Positions 30,119-40,411 of a stretch of 64,000 nt of DNA are shown here, piece after piece. This DNA is from Alkalispirochaeta sp. (GTDB taxonomy: Bacteria; Spirochaetota; Spirochaetia; DSM-27196; Alkalispirochaetaceae). Numbering within the stretch: position 1 is the stretch's first letter; each line of letters begins with the position of its first letter. A program made the position numbers and the translations under genes. The stretch spans positions 3,168,001-3,232,000 of the forward strand of contig OZ271854.1 in NCBI GenBank assembly GCA_965601925.1, written 5' to 3'. Under the pieces are notes generated by a model. That model did no database searches. It was given only the letters and a program-made list of their open reading frames with translations, and was not told the origin of the DNA.

Positions 30119-31434
30119 TGGCTGCTACAAGCTCTCAGGCGACAACGGGTACCGTGGGTCGGAACGCTTCCACGCGCATACGGAGCGTCATCATCGCCGT
30201 CGTCACCGGTGCGGTGGTCGCCGTCGTGTTGGCGGCGGTGTGGATGGTTTTTATGGCGATCTTCTCTACCTTCGATGCGCGCCAATCTCGCCCGGCGGTT
30301 GCGATCGTCGGAGCGTTGGTGGGCGGTGTAGTGCGGTGGCTCCACGGGGCCGTCGGATCATCCGCGGCACCGAAGGGTACGCGCACACCGCTGGCACACG
30401 CGACGGGACGGATTTTCATCGTCGGGTCGGTTGCGGCCGTCGCCTGGCTCGCGGCGACCGGATTGCGACCCTTCGGCCTCGAATCCGTTGCGGGGTGGGG
30501 CGTCGTCGGATCGTTTGTAGTGTGGATATCTACCGCGTTCACCGTCGAGCGTATGTTCTATCGCATCCCGGCGACCGACAGGGTCGGCGGTGAGGTGATG
30601 TACGCGTCGATTAACGGTCTAAGGGCGCTCGGATTCCTCTTTTTTACGACGATCGCCGCATTTCCGTTCTATTTTATGATCGCTTCGAGTCTCAAGACTC
30701 GCGCGGAGTTATTACAGAATCCGACGAATCTGGCGGTCGATTTTTCTCAAGGGCTGGCACGCGTCTTCGTCGGATACTCCGAGGTCATGACGCGCTTCAA
30801 CTTCGGGCGTTACATTTTCAACAGCACCTTCGTGGCGCTGTTCACGGTGATTATCACCCTCATTCCAGCGATACTGGGTGCCTACGCGGTAACGCGACTC
30901 CACTTCCGGGGACGTGATCTGTTGTCGCGGTCGATTCTGTTGATCTATATGTTCCCCGCAATCGTATTGGTGATACCGCTTTACAGCGTCTTCTCGCAGC
31001 TGGGACTCCGCGACACCCTGCCGGGGCTTTTGGTGGTGTACCCCGCGATGACGATTCCCGTTGCGCTGTATATGTTGCGCAGTTACTTCTTGACGCTTCC
31101 CAAGGATATCGAAGAGGCGGGACTCATCGACGGTTGCACGCGTTTTGAGGTGATCTGGCGTATTACCCTGCCGTTAAGCGTGCCGGCTCTGGCGAGCGTC
31201 GGACTCTATGTCTTCATGATCGGGTGGAACGAGTTCCTCTTTGCCTTCATGTTTTTGGACACACCGGAGATCTTCACGTTGAGTCGCGGTGTCGTCTCCC
31301 TCAACTCGCAGGAGGTGCCGCGCCAGTTTCTCATGGCCGGGGCGGTCATCATTACCGTTCCGATTATGGTGCTCTTCTTCTGGTTTGAACGATTCCTCGT
31401 AGGTGGGCTCTCGGCCGGAGGGGTGAAAGGGTAA
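30118..31434 (+). CDS. Carbohydrate ABC permease (MalG-type) with N-terminal hydrophobic extension
   Basis: IEEAGLIDG, WNEFLFA and GGVKG C-terminus. Confidence 0.9.
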   Translation: MAATSSQATTGTVGRNASTRIRSVIIAVVTGAVVAVVLAAVWMVFMAIFSTFDARQSRPAVAIVGALVGGVVRWLHGAVGSSAAPKGTRTPLAHATGRIFIVGSVAAVAWLAATGLRPFGLESVAGWGVVGSFVVWISTAFTVERMFYRIPATDRVGGEVMYASINGLRALGFLFFTTIAAFPFYFMIASSLKTRAELLQNPTNLAVDFSQGLARVFVGYSEVMTRFNFGRYIFNSTFVALFTVIITLIPAILGAYAVTRLHFRGRDLLSRSILLIYMFPAIVLVIPLYSVFSQLGLRDTLPGLLVVYPAMTIPVALYMLRSYFLTLPKDIEEAGLIDGCTRFEVIWRITLPLSVPALASVGLYVFMIGWNEFLFAFMFLDTPEIFTLSRGVVSLNSQEVPRQFLMAGAVIITVPIMVLFFWFERFLVGGLSAGGVKG

Positions 31435-31541
31435 GGCTCGCACCGTCGCGGCCCCTTCGCAGACGGAGAGCGAGTGTAGCATGTTAGCCGAGCGGCTCGC
31501 TTCGTCGAGCCGCCCTCGCCGGTACGCGCTTCGAGTGTGAC

Positions 31542-32711
31542 TTACGCTACCGCGTTTATCGCCGCCAGGGTGCCGTCGGGAAGAACGCGATATCCCAAGC
31601 GCTCAATCCTACGAGTGATGCTCGGGTGCGTGGATAGTACGGTCTCTGCGGCATGGTTCTTTTGAACGCTATGGTTGATCTTCGCCGTTTTGAGCAGGCC
31701 GGACGCTAGCGAGTGGGAGTCACCGGTCAATGCGACGGCCAAACGATCCGCCTGCAGCTCCTGCATCCGATAGACGGACGAGGGTAGCATCTGGGCGCAG
31801 GCGATGATCGTTACGAAGCGCACACCGAATTGGAACAGCACCGGCACGTCGGCCATTGGATCGCTGAACAGTGAGAGCAGGAGCATCGTGCCGGTAAGTG
31901 ATATCACGACAATGATGTAGCGGACGAGCGAGTGATTGCTCCGAACGTGAGCGATTTCGTGAGCCGCTATGCCGACGACTTCCGATGCGGTCAATCCGTC
32001 GAGAAGCGTCGAGGTGAACACAAGTTTCCGACGGAAGAGACCGACGGCCGCCGCGTTTGCCACAACCGACTGCGTCGTGTCCGTCACGATACAGGGAAGG
32101 CGTGATACTCCCGCGGCGCTTGAAAGCGAGACGATCGCCCTCTCGAGAAACGCGGGGACGTCGCTGTAGCGCGTTCGACGCCGAGAGAGAAACAGTCGGT
32201 GCGACTGCCCGCTGATCGCTACGATAATCGCGACGAGAAGCAGCAGAATCGCCGTCCGCACCACCGGAGATCCGAAGGTGTCGTCGACGAACTCGACACT
32301 CCCGTAGAGCAAAACCCACGTGATCACGGTAAGCGCCGATCCGACAAAACTCGCCACGATCGCAGGAAGTCTAAAGTTCGACGTTCCACGCCACCTGTCA
32401 TGATACGCGAGGCGGGGAAGGACAAAGGTCGCCGTGTAGAGGAATCCCATGTCGACGACGGTCAACAGGACGCGCGCCCACGCCGCCACGGGACGACCGC
32501 GCAGACGTCCGACGGCGTCGACGATGCCGAAGGTCGTCGGAAATGTCACGTACAGGGCAAAGAACACGATGAGAACGCCCAAGCACGCATACGAGAAGAT
32601 GCGCATTCTCGCCGTCGGTTCCGTTCGTCTCGACTCGATCATCCGGCCGAGTACCAGACATAGCCCGGCTCCGATCAGATACTTTGTTATGCTCATAACA
32701 ACGCCGATCAT
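31542..32711 (-). CDS. M48-family membrane zinc metallopeptidase (Ste24/HtpX-like)
   Basis: ANAAAVG, HEIAH, QELQAD and STHP...RI; multiple TM helices. Start uncertain. Confidence 0.88.
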   Translation of the reverse strand: MIGVVMSITKYLIGAGLCLVLGRMIESRRTEPTARMRIFSYACLGVLIVFFALYVTFPTTFGIVDAVGRLRGRPVAAWARVLLTVVDMGFLYTATFVLPRLAYHDRWRGTSNFRLPAIVASFVGSALTVITWVLLYGSVEFVDDTFGSPVVRTAILLLLVAIIVAISGQSHRLFLSRRRTRYSDVPAFLERAIVSLSSAAGVSRLPCIVTDTTQSVVANAAAVGLFRRKLVFTSTLLDGLTASEVVGIAAHEIAHVRSNHSLVRYIIVVISLTGTMLLLSLFSDPMADVPVLFQFGVRFVTIIACAQMLPSSVYRMQELQADRLAVALTGDSHSLASGLLKTAKINHSVQKNHAAETVLSTHPSITRRIERLGYRVLPDGTLAAINAVA

Positions 32712-32861
32712 ATGTCGATTATCACGACGCAACGGCTCCCGTTCAACCGGCGTGGTCGGCACGAGGCTTCCCGTCCCCTCTCCAACGGCGCTGCGCGGTA
32801 GCCGAGGAGACGGCGGGCGGTTTTTTCTCGCCGGCGGATCGGTACGTCCGACGCCGTGTCG

Positions 32862-33833
32862 TTAGTTCAGCACACCGGGATTGATACACGTCTCGGGGCG
32901 CTCGCCGGTTATCATCGCCAAGACGTTTCGTGCCGCGAGCCTCGCCATGGCGTCCCGCGTCTCCCTGGTGGCGCTTGCGACGTGCGGAGTGACGACGACG
33001 TTGTCCAACTCGGCGAGACCGTCGGCCATAGCCGGCTCGTTCTCGTACACGTCGAGACCGGCGCCGGCGATCGCGCCGCGGCGCAACGCGTCGACGAGCG
33101 CGACCTCGTCGATTACCGGACCGCGGCTGGTATTGATCACGTAGGCCGTCGACTTCATCCGGGCGAGGGTCTCGCCGTTGATCAGATGGCGCGTTGCATC
33201 CACGAGCGGTACGTGGATCGAGACGAAGTCAGACTCCGCCAGAAGGGTCGCGAGCTCGACTCTCTGCGCACCGAGCCTGGAGTCGAGAACGTCGTTGTCG
33301 CGCTCGTCGGTGTACAACACTCGCATATCGAATCCGCGGCTCTTGAGTGCCGCCGCCGTACCGATGCGGCCGGCACCGACGATACCGATGGTCCTGCCCG
33401 TTACATCGCCCCCGATGAACTGCAACGGACCCCAACCGCTCCACTCACCGCTGCGCATACGGCGGTCAGACTCGACCACGCGACGGGCGACGGCAAAGAG
33501 GAGCGCCCACGCCATGTCCGCCGTCGCGTCGGTGAGCACACCGGGCGTGTTGGACAATGGAATACGCCGCCGTGTCGCCTCATCGACGTCAAGGTTGTCG
33601 AAACCGACGGCGTAGTTGGCAAAGCCGTTGCAACGCGGAGCGTGGTCGAAGACCTCTGCGTCTATACGATCGGTTAGGAGTGAAATTACGCCGTCGGCGG
33701 CCGCGACCTCTTTGAGGAGTTCCTCCCTGGTGAGGGGCCGATCATGGGGATTGACCCGCACCTTCACGCCGGCTTCTTCCAAGACCTCGATACCCGCATC
33801 GGGAATTCTTCGTGTCACGTATACCGTTGCCAT
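32862..33833 (-). CDS. D-2-hydroxyacid dehydrogenase (glyoxylate/hydroxypyruvate reductase type)
   Basis: AVGFDNLD, NTPGVLTDATAD, GAGRIG, NTSRGPVIDE, AGLDVYENEP and PHVASAT. Confidence 0.92.
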   Translation of the reverse strand: MATVYVTRRIPDAGIEVLEEAGVKVRVNPHDRPLTREELLKEVAAADGVISLLTDRIDAEVFDHAPRCNGFANYAVGFDNLDVDEATRRRIPLSNTPGVLTDATADMAWALLFAVARRVVESDRRMRSGEWSGWGPLQFIGGDVTGRTIGIVGAGRIGTAAALKSRGFDMRVLYTDERDNDVLDSRLGAQRVELATLLAESDFVSIHVPLVDATRHLINGETLARMKSTAYVINTSRGPVIDEVALVDALRRGAIAGAGLDVYENEPAMADGLAELDNVVVTPHVASATRETRDAMARLAARNVLAMITGERPETCINPGVLN

Positions 33834-33936
33834 GTGTGTTCCTTTCGTGACGGATCCTCGACATCGCCGCCGATGGGTCTCTCGCCGATTCTATCGCTCC
33901 GTTATGTGCGCCGCCTGCGAGGCGGTGTGTGCCGAC

Positions 33937-34911
33937 CTACCGAGTCCCGCTCTCCTTCTTCGCCGTCACCCGCTTTGCCGCCTCGGCGATGTGTTGCGCC
34001 GACAGACCGTACGTGTCCAGGAGCGTGGCGTATGCGCCGCTTTCGGCAAAGGTGTCCTGCAGCCCCAACGTCGCGGTCGGTACGGGATACTGGGTGAGAG
34101 AGAGGTGCGCGAGCTCGTAGCCGACGCCGTTTTTCGCTTGGTGGTTCTCGGCGACTACCAACGCTCCGGTCTTTTTGATCGACCGTAGTACACCCTCGCG
34201 GTCGTACGGCTTGATCGAGTAGAGATCGATGACATCGGCGGTAACGCCGTCGGCCGCGAGAAGCGTGGACGCCTCGAGGGCTTGAAAGACGATATCGCCG
34301 TAGGAGACGATGGTGACGTCGGACCCTTCGGCCAGTAGCTTGCTGCCGCCGAGTTCGAACCGCTCGCTCTCGTCGTACAGCTCGAACAGCGGGTCGCGCA
34401 TCAGACGTGTGAAGACCGGCCCGGGGGTGTCGAGCGCGATATCGACCATCGCTTCGGCGCTCGTAGGGTCCGCGGGACAGAGCACGTGCATATTGGGAAT
34501 CTGCGACATCGCCGCGATGTCCTCGGTCGCTTGATGCGTCACACCGTCGATTGCCGCGGTCAGTCCGCCGTGGGAGGAGAGCATCTTCACATTCAAGTTG
34601 GGATAGCAGATAAACGAGCGAATCGCCTCGATCGCCCGCATGGTGATGAACACCCCGTAGCTGGCGCATACGACGGTGCGCCCGCCGGCGGCGACGCCGG
34701 CGGCGGTTGCGAACATCCCTACCTCGGCGATCCCCAGATTGAAGTAGCGTTCGGGAAATCGATCGCCGAAGAGGTAGGTATAGGTCGACCGTCCGATGTC
34801 CGCCTCGAACACCCAGAACTGGTCGTCACGCTCTCCGCGGCGCACCAGCGAATCGGAGAATGCGCGCCGTGTCGGGCGTTTCGTCGTATCCAGAGTATGT
34901 GTCGCCGCCAT
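33937..34911 (-). CDS. Split transketolase, C-terminal subunit
   Basis: FNLGIAE, DGVTHQATED, SIKP, AENH and FAESG. Confidence 0.92.
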   Translation of the reverse strand: MAATHTLDTTKRPTRRAFSDSLVRRGERDDQFWVFEADIGRSTYTYLFGDRFPERYFNLGIAEVGMFATAAGVAAGGRTVVCASYGVFITMRAIEAIRSFICYPNLNVKMLSSHGGLTAAIDGVTHQATEDIAAMSQIPNMHVLCPADPTSAEAMVDIALDTPGPVFTRLMRDPLFELYDESERFELGGSKLLAEGSDVTIVSYGDIVFQALEASTLLAADGVTADVIDLYSIKPYDREGVLRSIKKTGALVVAENHQAKNGVGYELAHLSLTQYPVPTATLGLQDTFAESGAYATLLDTYGLSAQHIAEAAKRVTAKKESGTR

Positions 34912-35747
34912 TATGGTCGCGCCTCCTCAAGTTCGGCTCTCGCTTTTTGATACTGCTCCTCCGTGGGAGGCTTCCCGTGCCAGTAATAGTCGTTCTCCAT
35001 GAAGCTCACACCGCGTCCTTTGGTCGTGTAGGCGACGATGCAGTACGGTCCCTTCCGGTGGTCTCGGCCCCGTCGAAGCGCACCGACGACCTGTTGCATG
35101 TCGTGTCCGTTAATCTTTTCGACCGTCCATCCGAAGGACTCGAACTTGGCGTCGATCGGCTCGACGGGCATGATATCGTCGGAGAACCCGTCGTTCTGGA
35201 TACCGTTACGGTCGACGACGGCAACCAGGTTGGACAGCGCGTACTTGTTTGCCGTTCCCGCAGCCTCCCAAATGACGCCCTCGTTCAGCTCGCCGTCGCC
35301 CAGTAGGGTGTACACGTCGTAGCGCTTGCCCGTCACCGCGGCCTCCAACGCCATCCCGATCGCTATCCCGAATCCCATACCCAGGGAGCCGGTGGTCATA
35401 TCGATACCCGGTGTCTTAATGACCGGATGTCCCTGGAGGATGCTCCCGAATTGGCGGAGCGTGGCAAGATTATCGATGTCGAAGAAGCCGCGCATCGCCA
35501 ACACGGCGTACAAAGCGGGACACGCATGCCCTTTGCTCAGGATAAAACGATCGCGATCCGGCCATTTGGGCTCCTCGGGGCGTACTCGTAAGACGTCGTA
35601 GTAGAGAGCCGCAAGTATTTCGGCCTCGGAGAATGATCCTCCGATGTGCCCGGATTGCGCCTTGTACACCATGTCCAGCACATTGAGTCGAATCTCCCGG
35701 GCCCGTTCGACGAGCTCGGCGACGCCGCCCGGTTGCAGCGTGGTCAT
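34911..35747 (-). CDS. Split transketolase, N-terminal (ThDP-binding) subunit
   Basis: GHIGGSFS, DRFILSKGHA, LQGHP, TTGSLG, GDGELNEG...N and WHGK. Confidence 0.94.
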   Translation of the reverse strand: MTTLQPGGVAELVERAREIRLNVLDMVYKAQSGHIGGSFSEAEILAALYYDVLRVRPEEPKWPDRDRFILSKGHACPALYAVLAMRGFFDIDNLATLRQFGSILQGHPVIKTPGIDMTTGSLGMGFGIAIGMALEAAVTGKRYDVYTLLGDGELNEGVIWEAAGTANKYALSNLVAVVDRNGIQNDGFSDDIMPVEPIDAKFESFGWTVEKINGHDMQQVVGALRRGRDHRKGPYCIVAYTTKGRGVSFMENDYYWHGKPPTEEQYQKARAELEEARP

Positions 35748-35842
35748 CTGAATAGCCTCCGCGTATTAGAGTTGTACGGGCGCGCACGGGTGTGCCGCTG
35801 CGCGCGGGGAGCGGGCGACGAGCTGTTCGCCGGCACGCTCTT

Positions 35843-35887
35843 AATTTTGTATACAAAATTTATAACACAGTTTCAATCGTCGGTCAA
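35843..35887 (-). promoter_or_regulatory. Transketolase operon promoter with GntR box 1
   Basis: Minus strand TTGACC-17-TATAAA overlapping the perfect 18-bp palindrome AATTTTGTATACAAAATT (35843-35860). Confidence 0.8.
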
Positions 35888-35910
35888 CGATAATGTGCAT
35901 ATCCGGATCG

Positions 35911-35952
35911 TTGACCGTCCGGCGGTGCGGCGACTATATTATTGAATACAAT
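35911..35952 (+). promoter_or_regulatory. gntR promoter with degenerate GntR box 2
   Basis: TTGACC-18-TATATT followed by ATTGAATACAAT, which overlaps the ATG. Confidence 0.6.
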
Positions 35953-36622
35953 GTACAAAGTGACCTACGAAGATCTTGCGCAACAGGTGTATCGTATCGT
36001 TCGAGAGATGATTCTCTCCGGCGAGCTCGCCCCCGGTCAGAAACTCGTGCAGGACGAACTCGCCGAGCGCCTCGGTGTATCGCGTACTCCTCTCCTGGCC
36101 GCCTTCTCCAAATTGGAGAAGGATATGCTTCTTGAAAGCATTCCGCGGCGCGGTATGTTCGTGCGGCGCTACTCGCCCGAAGAGCTGCTGCAAGTCTACG
36201 ACGTACGTCTCAGACTGGAGCCGCTGGGAGCGGGGGAAGCGGCGGACCACGCTACCGACGAGGAGATCGAACGCCTCTGGGAGATGTGTCGACACTTTGA
36301 ACGTCTGGCAGAATCGCACGATCCGTCGACCCGCGCGGAGGACTATCTCTTTCATATGCAGATCATGGAGATGAGCCGCCATCAGCTCCTCTATAACATC
36401 GTCTCGTCGTACAACATTATCGTCGTTGCGAACTTCTACGGCTTTTTCAAAGACCCCACGGTAAGTGCCCGTGAGCATACGGCAATCGTCGAAGCGATCG
36501 CCGGTCGCAACCGTCAACGGGCGATGAAGCGGACCTTCCAGCATATCGCAAGCTCACGGGGCCACCTGGCAACGCATTTGGCCGAGGTAGGGGAGCACAT
36601 AGAACGAACCGTCTCCACGTAG
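35951..36622 (+). CDS. GntR/FadR-family regulator
   Basis: LAERLGVSRTPL wHTH; DYLFH and REHTAI. Confidence 0.93.
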   Translation: MYKVTYEDLAQQVYRIVREMILSGELAPGQKLVQDELAERLGVSRTPLLAAFSKLEKDMLLESIPRRGMFVRRYSPEELLQVYDVRLRLEPLGAGEAADHATDEEIERLWEMCRHFERLAESHDPSTRAEDYLFHMQIMEMSRHQLLYNIVSSYNIIVVANFYGFFKDPTVSAREHTAIVEAIAGRNRQRAMKRTFQHIASSRGHLATHLAEVGEHIERTVST

Positions 36623-36870
36623 TGTGCGAGCCGTCTATCTCTCCGGGTTGAGGGTGTACCGTGTCGGATGCGGCGCGCTCAACGCGACCACACCGACGAA
36701 CGGGCGGCGACGAAGATGTACCGACAAGCGGTCGACGACCGGGAACGGAACGGCGCGGGTACGTGTAGTTACGCGATTCGCGATGCCCGCCGACGCCGGG
36801 CAATGAACGAGTACCCGCCGAGTTCTCCCGCCCCGATCGGGAGCATGATTAACAAGCGATCCGTCGAGCG

Positions 36871-38409
36871 TCATCGTGTCCTCTTGAACAACCGTGCTGC
36901 AACACGAGTTCGAATGCGTTGCATGACCCGTCGATACGCCGGAAGCTGACTGACGACGGTAAGACAGATCACCAAAAACAGTATCAGCGCCACCGGTCGC
37001 GTGAAGATCGGCAAGAAGCTTCCTCCCGAGACCATGAGGGCTCTCCGAAGATTCTGATCCGCCATGGGGCCGAGAATGACGCCGATCACCAGGGGCGCGA
37101 TCGGGTACCCCATCTCGGTAAGAAGGTACGCGACGATGCCGATCGGAACCATCAGATACAAGTTGAACACATTCGTTCCGAGGGCGTAGCTCCCGATGAC
37201 GCAGAGCACCGCGATAATCGGCATGAAGATCGCCGGCGGAATCCGCAGCACTTTGACCACCTGCTTGGCCAACAGCATGCCCGAGATCCACATCGCGATC
37301 GAGGCCAACAGAAGAATCGCGCTGACCTCCTCAATAAAGCCGGGGTTGTCGATTCGGAGCATCGGCCCCGGGGCGATTCCGTGGAGCATGAGAGCGCCCA
37401 AAAGCATCGCCGCCGGCGGACTGCCGGGAACGCCGAGGCTAAGGAGTGGAATCATCGCGCCGCCGATACAGGCGTTGTTGGCCGTCTCGGTACTCACGAC
37501 CGCCTCGTAGGCGCCTTTACCGAACTGTTCGGGGTGTTTCGATGAGTTTTTGGCCGCGCCGTAGCTGACCCACCCGGCGATATCCTCCCCGATACCCGGC
37601 ACCGCACCGATCCCGACGCCGATCAGGGACGAGCGTACGATGTGTTTGACGTTTTTTCCGATCGTGCGAAACTCCGGCATGATTCGATCGAACCGCACGG
37701 CGTCTTTCGGTTTGAATCGCTCCCGCAGCACCGAGATGATTTGGGGAATGCCGAACGCGCCGATCAGCACCGGTACTACTTCGAGTCCGCCTTCCAACCG
37801 GCTGATACCGAAGGTAAAGCGCGGATAGAACTGCAGCGCGTCGCGACCGACGGTAGCCAGAAAAAGTCCGATGAAGCCGGCGATCCACCCCTTGAGGACC
37901 AGATCCGGACTCGTGAGCGTACCGCTGATGATGATGCCGAAGAAGGCGAGGAGAAAGAACTCGAAGGAGGTGAACTGCAGCGCCAGTTCGCTGATCACCG
38001 GCGAGAAGCTCACGACGAAGAACATACCGATGATCGTACCGATCGCCGAGGCGGTGGTCGTAAGACCGAGCGCTTGCCCCCCTTCGCCCCGAAGGGCCAA
38101 GGGATAGCCGTCCAAAGCCGTAGCCGCCGCCGCCGCCGTCCCGGGGATGTTCACCAGGATCGAGGCGTATGAGCCGCCGTACACGCCGCCGACGTAAATC
38201 GCGAGGAGAGCGACCAACGCGGTGCTCGAATTCATCCCGTAAGTGAGAGTCGTCAACAGCGCCACGCCGAGTGTCGCAGTCAGTCCCGGCGTCGCTCCGA
38301 AGACGATCCCGAGAATGACCGAGCCGAAGAGAATGAGGAGGATCACCGGGTCGGTGGCGAAACCGGCGAGGTTGTCGAAAAAGATGCCGAGGGAATGGAG
38401 CGCTGCCAT
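36871..38409 (-). CDS. tctA: Tripartite tricarboxylate transporter large subunit
   Basis: GATPGL, YGGSYASILVNIPGT, ETANNA, LGVPGS and GIAPGP. Confidence 0.94.
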   Translation of the reverse strand: MAALHSLGIFFDNLAGFATDPVILLILFGSVILGIVFGATPGLTATLGVALLTTLTYGMNSSTALVALLAIYVGGVYGGSYASILVNIPGTAAAAATALDGYPLALRGEGGQALGLTTTASAIGTIIGMFFVVSFSPVISELALQFTSFEFFLLAFFGIIISGTLTSPDLVLKGWIAGFIGLFLATVGRDALQFYPRFTFGISRLEGGLEVVPVLIGAFGIPQIISVLRERFKPKDAVRFDRIMPEFRTIGKNVKHIVRSSLIGVGIGAVPGIGEDIAGWVSYGAAKNSSKHPEQFGKGAYEAVVSTETANNACIGGAMIPLLSLGVPGSPPAAMLLGALMLHGIAPGPMLRIDNPGFIEEVSAILLLASIAMWISGMLLAKQVVKVLRIPPAIFMPIIAVLCVIGSYALGTNVFNLYLMVPIGIVAYLLTEMGYPIAPLVIGVILGPMADQNLRRALMVSGGSFLPIFTRPVALILFLVICLTVVSQLPAYRRVMQRIRTRVAARLFKRTR

Positions 38410-38412
38410 GGA

Positions 38413-39153
38413 CTACCTCAATGAATAATAGACCAGCTGCATCAGCTGAACGATACCACCCTCGTGGGGGAGGGGGACGAAGAGCAAGAAACGGAATACC
38501 GGCGCCAAAAAGAGGGGCGTCACCGTCAATACGATGAGCCCGATGCGAAACCGCGACACCAGATCGGGCCTGCCGTGCGCCTTTTTCCGAAACCACGTGT
38601 TGATGCCGATTACGGCGAGTAGGGCGACCACGTCGACGGTGAAGTATGCACTCGTCGCCTCGGCAAACCCGGTCCAGAAGAGGATGAGAATCGCAAGACA
38701 GACGACGCTGTAGATAACCAGGGATACTTTGAGCACCGCATAGTCCTCAAAGGAGAAGGCGTGCACGAAGAAACTCAAAAAGAGCGCGATCGACAGAACG
38801 AAGTCGACTCGCGGTATCAGCACGTACACAAAGGTGGATATCGCAACCAAGACGGCGATAAAACGAACGCCCGCCTCGGTGAGCTTGGGCGCAAAGGTTC
38901 GAATGCCGTGGAGTGCATCCACGGCGCCGCCGGTGCGAATCGAGTGGACCAGAAGCGCCGTCGACAGAATCGATATACCGATTCCCACTACCAGCGGAAA
39001 GAGCGCCGGCGAGACGTACCAGACGTTTCGGACGCCGCCGTAGGTATCGCGCATCGGCATGCGAAAGGCTTGAAACAGCACCCACACGCCGAAGGCGAAT
39101 AGAACGATGCTGGTAACGAAGTCCGCCTTGCGGAGCTTTTTTTCTTGCAACAT
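38413..39153 (-). CDS. tctB: Tripartite tricarboxylate transporter small subunit (long form)
   Basis: SPALFP motif and F...L.VPLP C-terminus; between tctC and tctA. Confidence 0.78.
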   Translation of the reverse strand: MLQEKKLRKADFVTSIVLFAFGVWVLFQAFRMPMRDTYGGVRNVWYVSPALFPLVVGIGISILSTALLVHSIRTGGAVDALHGIRTFAPKLTEAGVRFIAVLVAISTFVYVLIPRVDFVLSIALFLSFFVHAFSFEDYAVLKVSLVIYSVVCLAILILFWTGFAEATSAYFTVDVVALLAVIGINTWFRKKAHGRPDLVSRFRIGLIVLTVTPLFLAPVFRFLLFVPLPHEGGIVQLMQLVYYSLR

Positions 39154-39183
39154 AGCGAATGAATACTCCAGGGATGATGGTGA

Positions 39184-39216
39184 CGGCGGACACTCTACCC
39201 GTAAGAGTGTCCGCCG
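39184..39216. terminator. Stem-loop after tctC
   Basis: Perfect 13-bp stem CGGCGGACACTCT / AGAGTGTCCGCCG with a 7-nt loop. Confidence 0.6.
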
Positions 39217-39253
39217 CCGGTATGACAAGTCTCGCCGATGTTCGCGATACGTT

Positions 39254-40261
39254 CTACGGTCGCGGGATACCGAGTGACGCCGGATCGTCGACGCCGATAC
39301 CCTGTTCCCATACCGCCCAGGAGAGCGACGACTGGAGAGCGCTCATGATCTCGGCCGCCTCGTCGCCCCATGCGCCGGACAGGACGTAGAAGCGATCGCG
39401 ACCGAACTCCTGTACCGCCTCGCTTCGCATTGCCGCCTCAAAGGCCGTTCCGATCCGGCTCTTGACCTCTCCGGGCGCATCGGTGCGAATCGCAAACCCG
39501 ATCGCCTGGGGGATGGGGAGTACCTCGGCGAGCTCGGGATAGTAGTCGAAGGCCGACGGTATCATCTCGCCGTCGATTTCAAAGGCTTCGGGAGTCAATA
39601 CCGCGAGGGGGCGAAGGCGTCCGGCGCGAATAAGCTCGGCCTGTTCCGCCACGGAGGTGACGACAAACTGAACCTCGCCGGTCATAGCCGCATTTTGCGA
39701 GGGCGCCGATCCGTCGTAGGGGATGAACTCGAAATCGGCGCCGGTACCGGCCTCGATCGCCAGCAGGTTGACGTGGTGGATCGATCCTGAGCCCGACGCG
39801 CCGGCCAATATCGATCCCGGGTCGACGCGTGCCGCTTCGATAAGCTCCTCGAACGTCTCGTAGGGGAGATCGGGCGTCACGCTTAAGACCTCCGGTGATC
39901 CGCCGACGATAAACCAATCCCACACGTCTACCAAGTTGTCCCAATCGGAAACCATGACCGCTGTGGTCGTGTTGGATTCCGACGCGCCGACCAGCGTATA
40001 GCCGTCGGCTTCTCGCGCAAATCCGTCGGCCATGCCGACCGATCCCGCGCTTCCGCCGGTGACGTTGATGACATTGATCGGAACACCGAGCTCGTTTGCC
40101 ATCTCGGCCATGATGACGCGATTGGTCGTGTCGGTGCCGCCGCCGGCACCCCAAACCACTACCGTAGTGATGTCGCGGGACGGATACTCTTGCTCTCCCG
40201 CCGCAAATGCCGCTACGGCCACTAACGTCAACAGCAGTGCGATAACAGAAAGACGTCGCAT
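39254..40261 (-). CDS. tctC: TTT (Bug/TctC) solute-binding protein
   Basis: YPSRDIT.VV.WGAGGGTD, GGSAGSVG, ADGYTL, IPYDG and LRPLAV. Confidence 0.92.
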   Translation of the reverse strand: MRRLSVIALLLTLVAVAAFAAGEQEYPSRDITTVVVWGAGGGTDTTNRVIMAEMANELGVPINVINVTGGSAGSVGMADGFAREADGYTLVGASESNTTTAVMVSDWDNLVDVWDWFIVGGSPEVLSVTPDLPYETFEELIEAARVDPGSILAGASGSGSIHHVNLLAIEAGTGADFEFIPYDGSAPSQNAAMTGEVQFVVTSVAEQAELIRAGRLRPLAVLTPEAFEIDGEMIPSAFDYYPELAEVLPIPQAIGFAIRTDAPGEVKSRIGTAFEAAMRSEAVQEFGRDRFYVLSGAWGDEAAEIMSALQSSLSWAVWEQGIGVDDPASLGIPRP

Positions 40262-40285
40262 AATAACCTCCTGTTCGGATACATG

Positions 40286-40330
40286 ATTTTGTATACAAAA
40301 TTAGAATAGCATGAACGCCGGTGCTGTCAA
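40286..40330 (-). promoter_or_regulatory. tctCBA promoter with GntR box 3
   Basis: Minus strand TTGACA-16-TATTCT (with extended TG) followed by the perfect palindrome ATTTTGTATACAAAAT (40286-40301). Confidence 0.8.
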
Positions 40331-40411
40331 CGTTTTTTTATCGGAATCGGCCATACGCTTCGGTGACGACTCCTCAGGAGGCGATACCGGGGCACCGTTG
40401 CGGTCGGCCGC

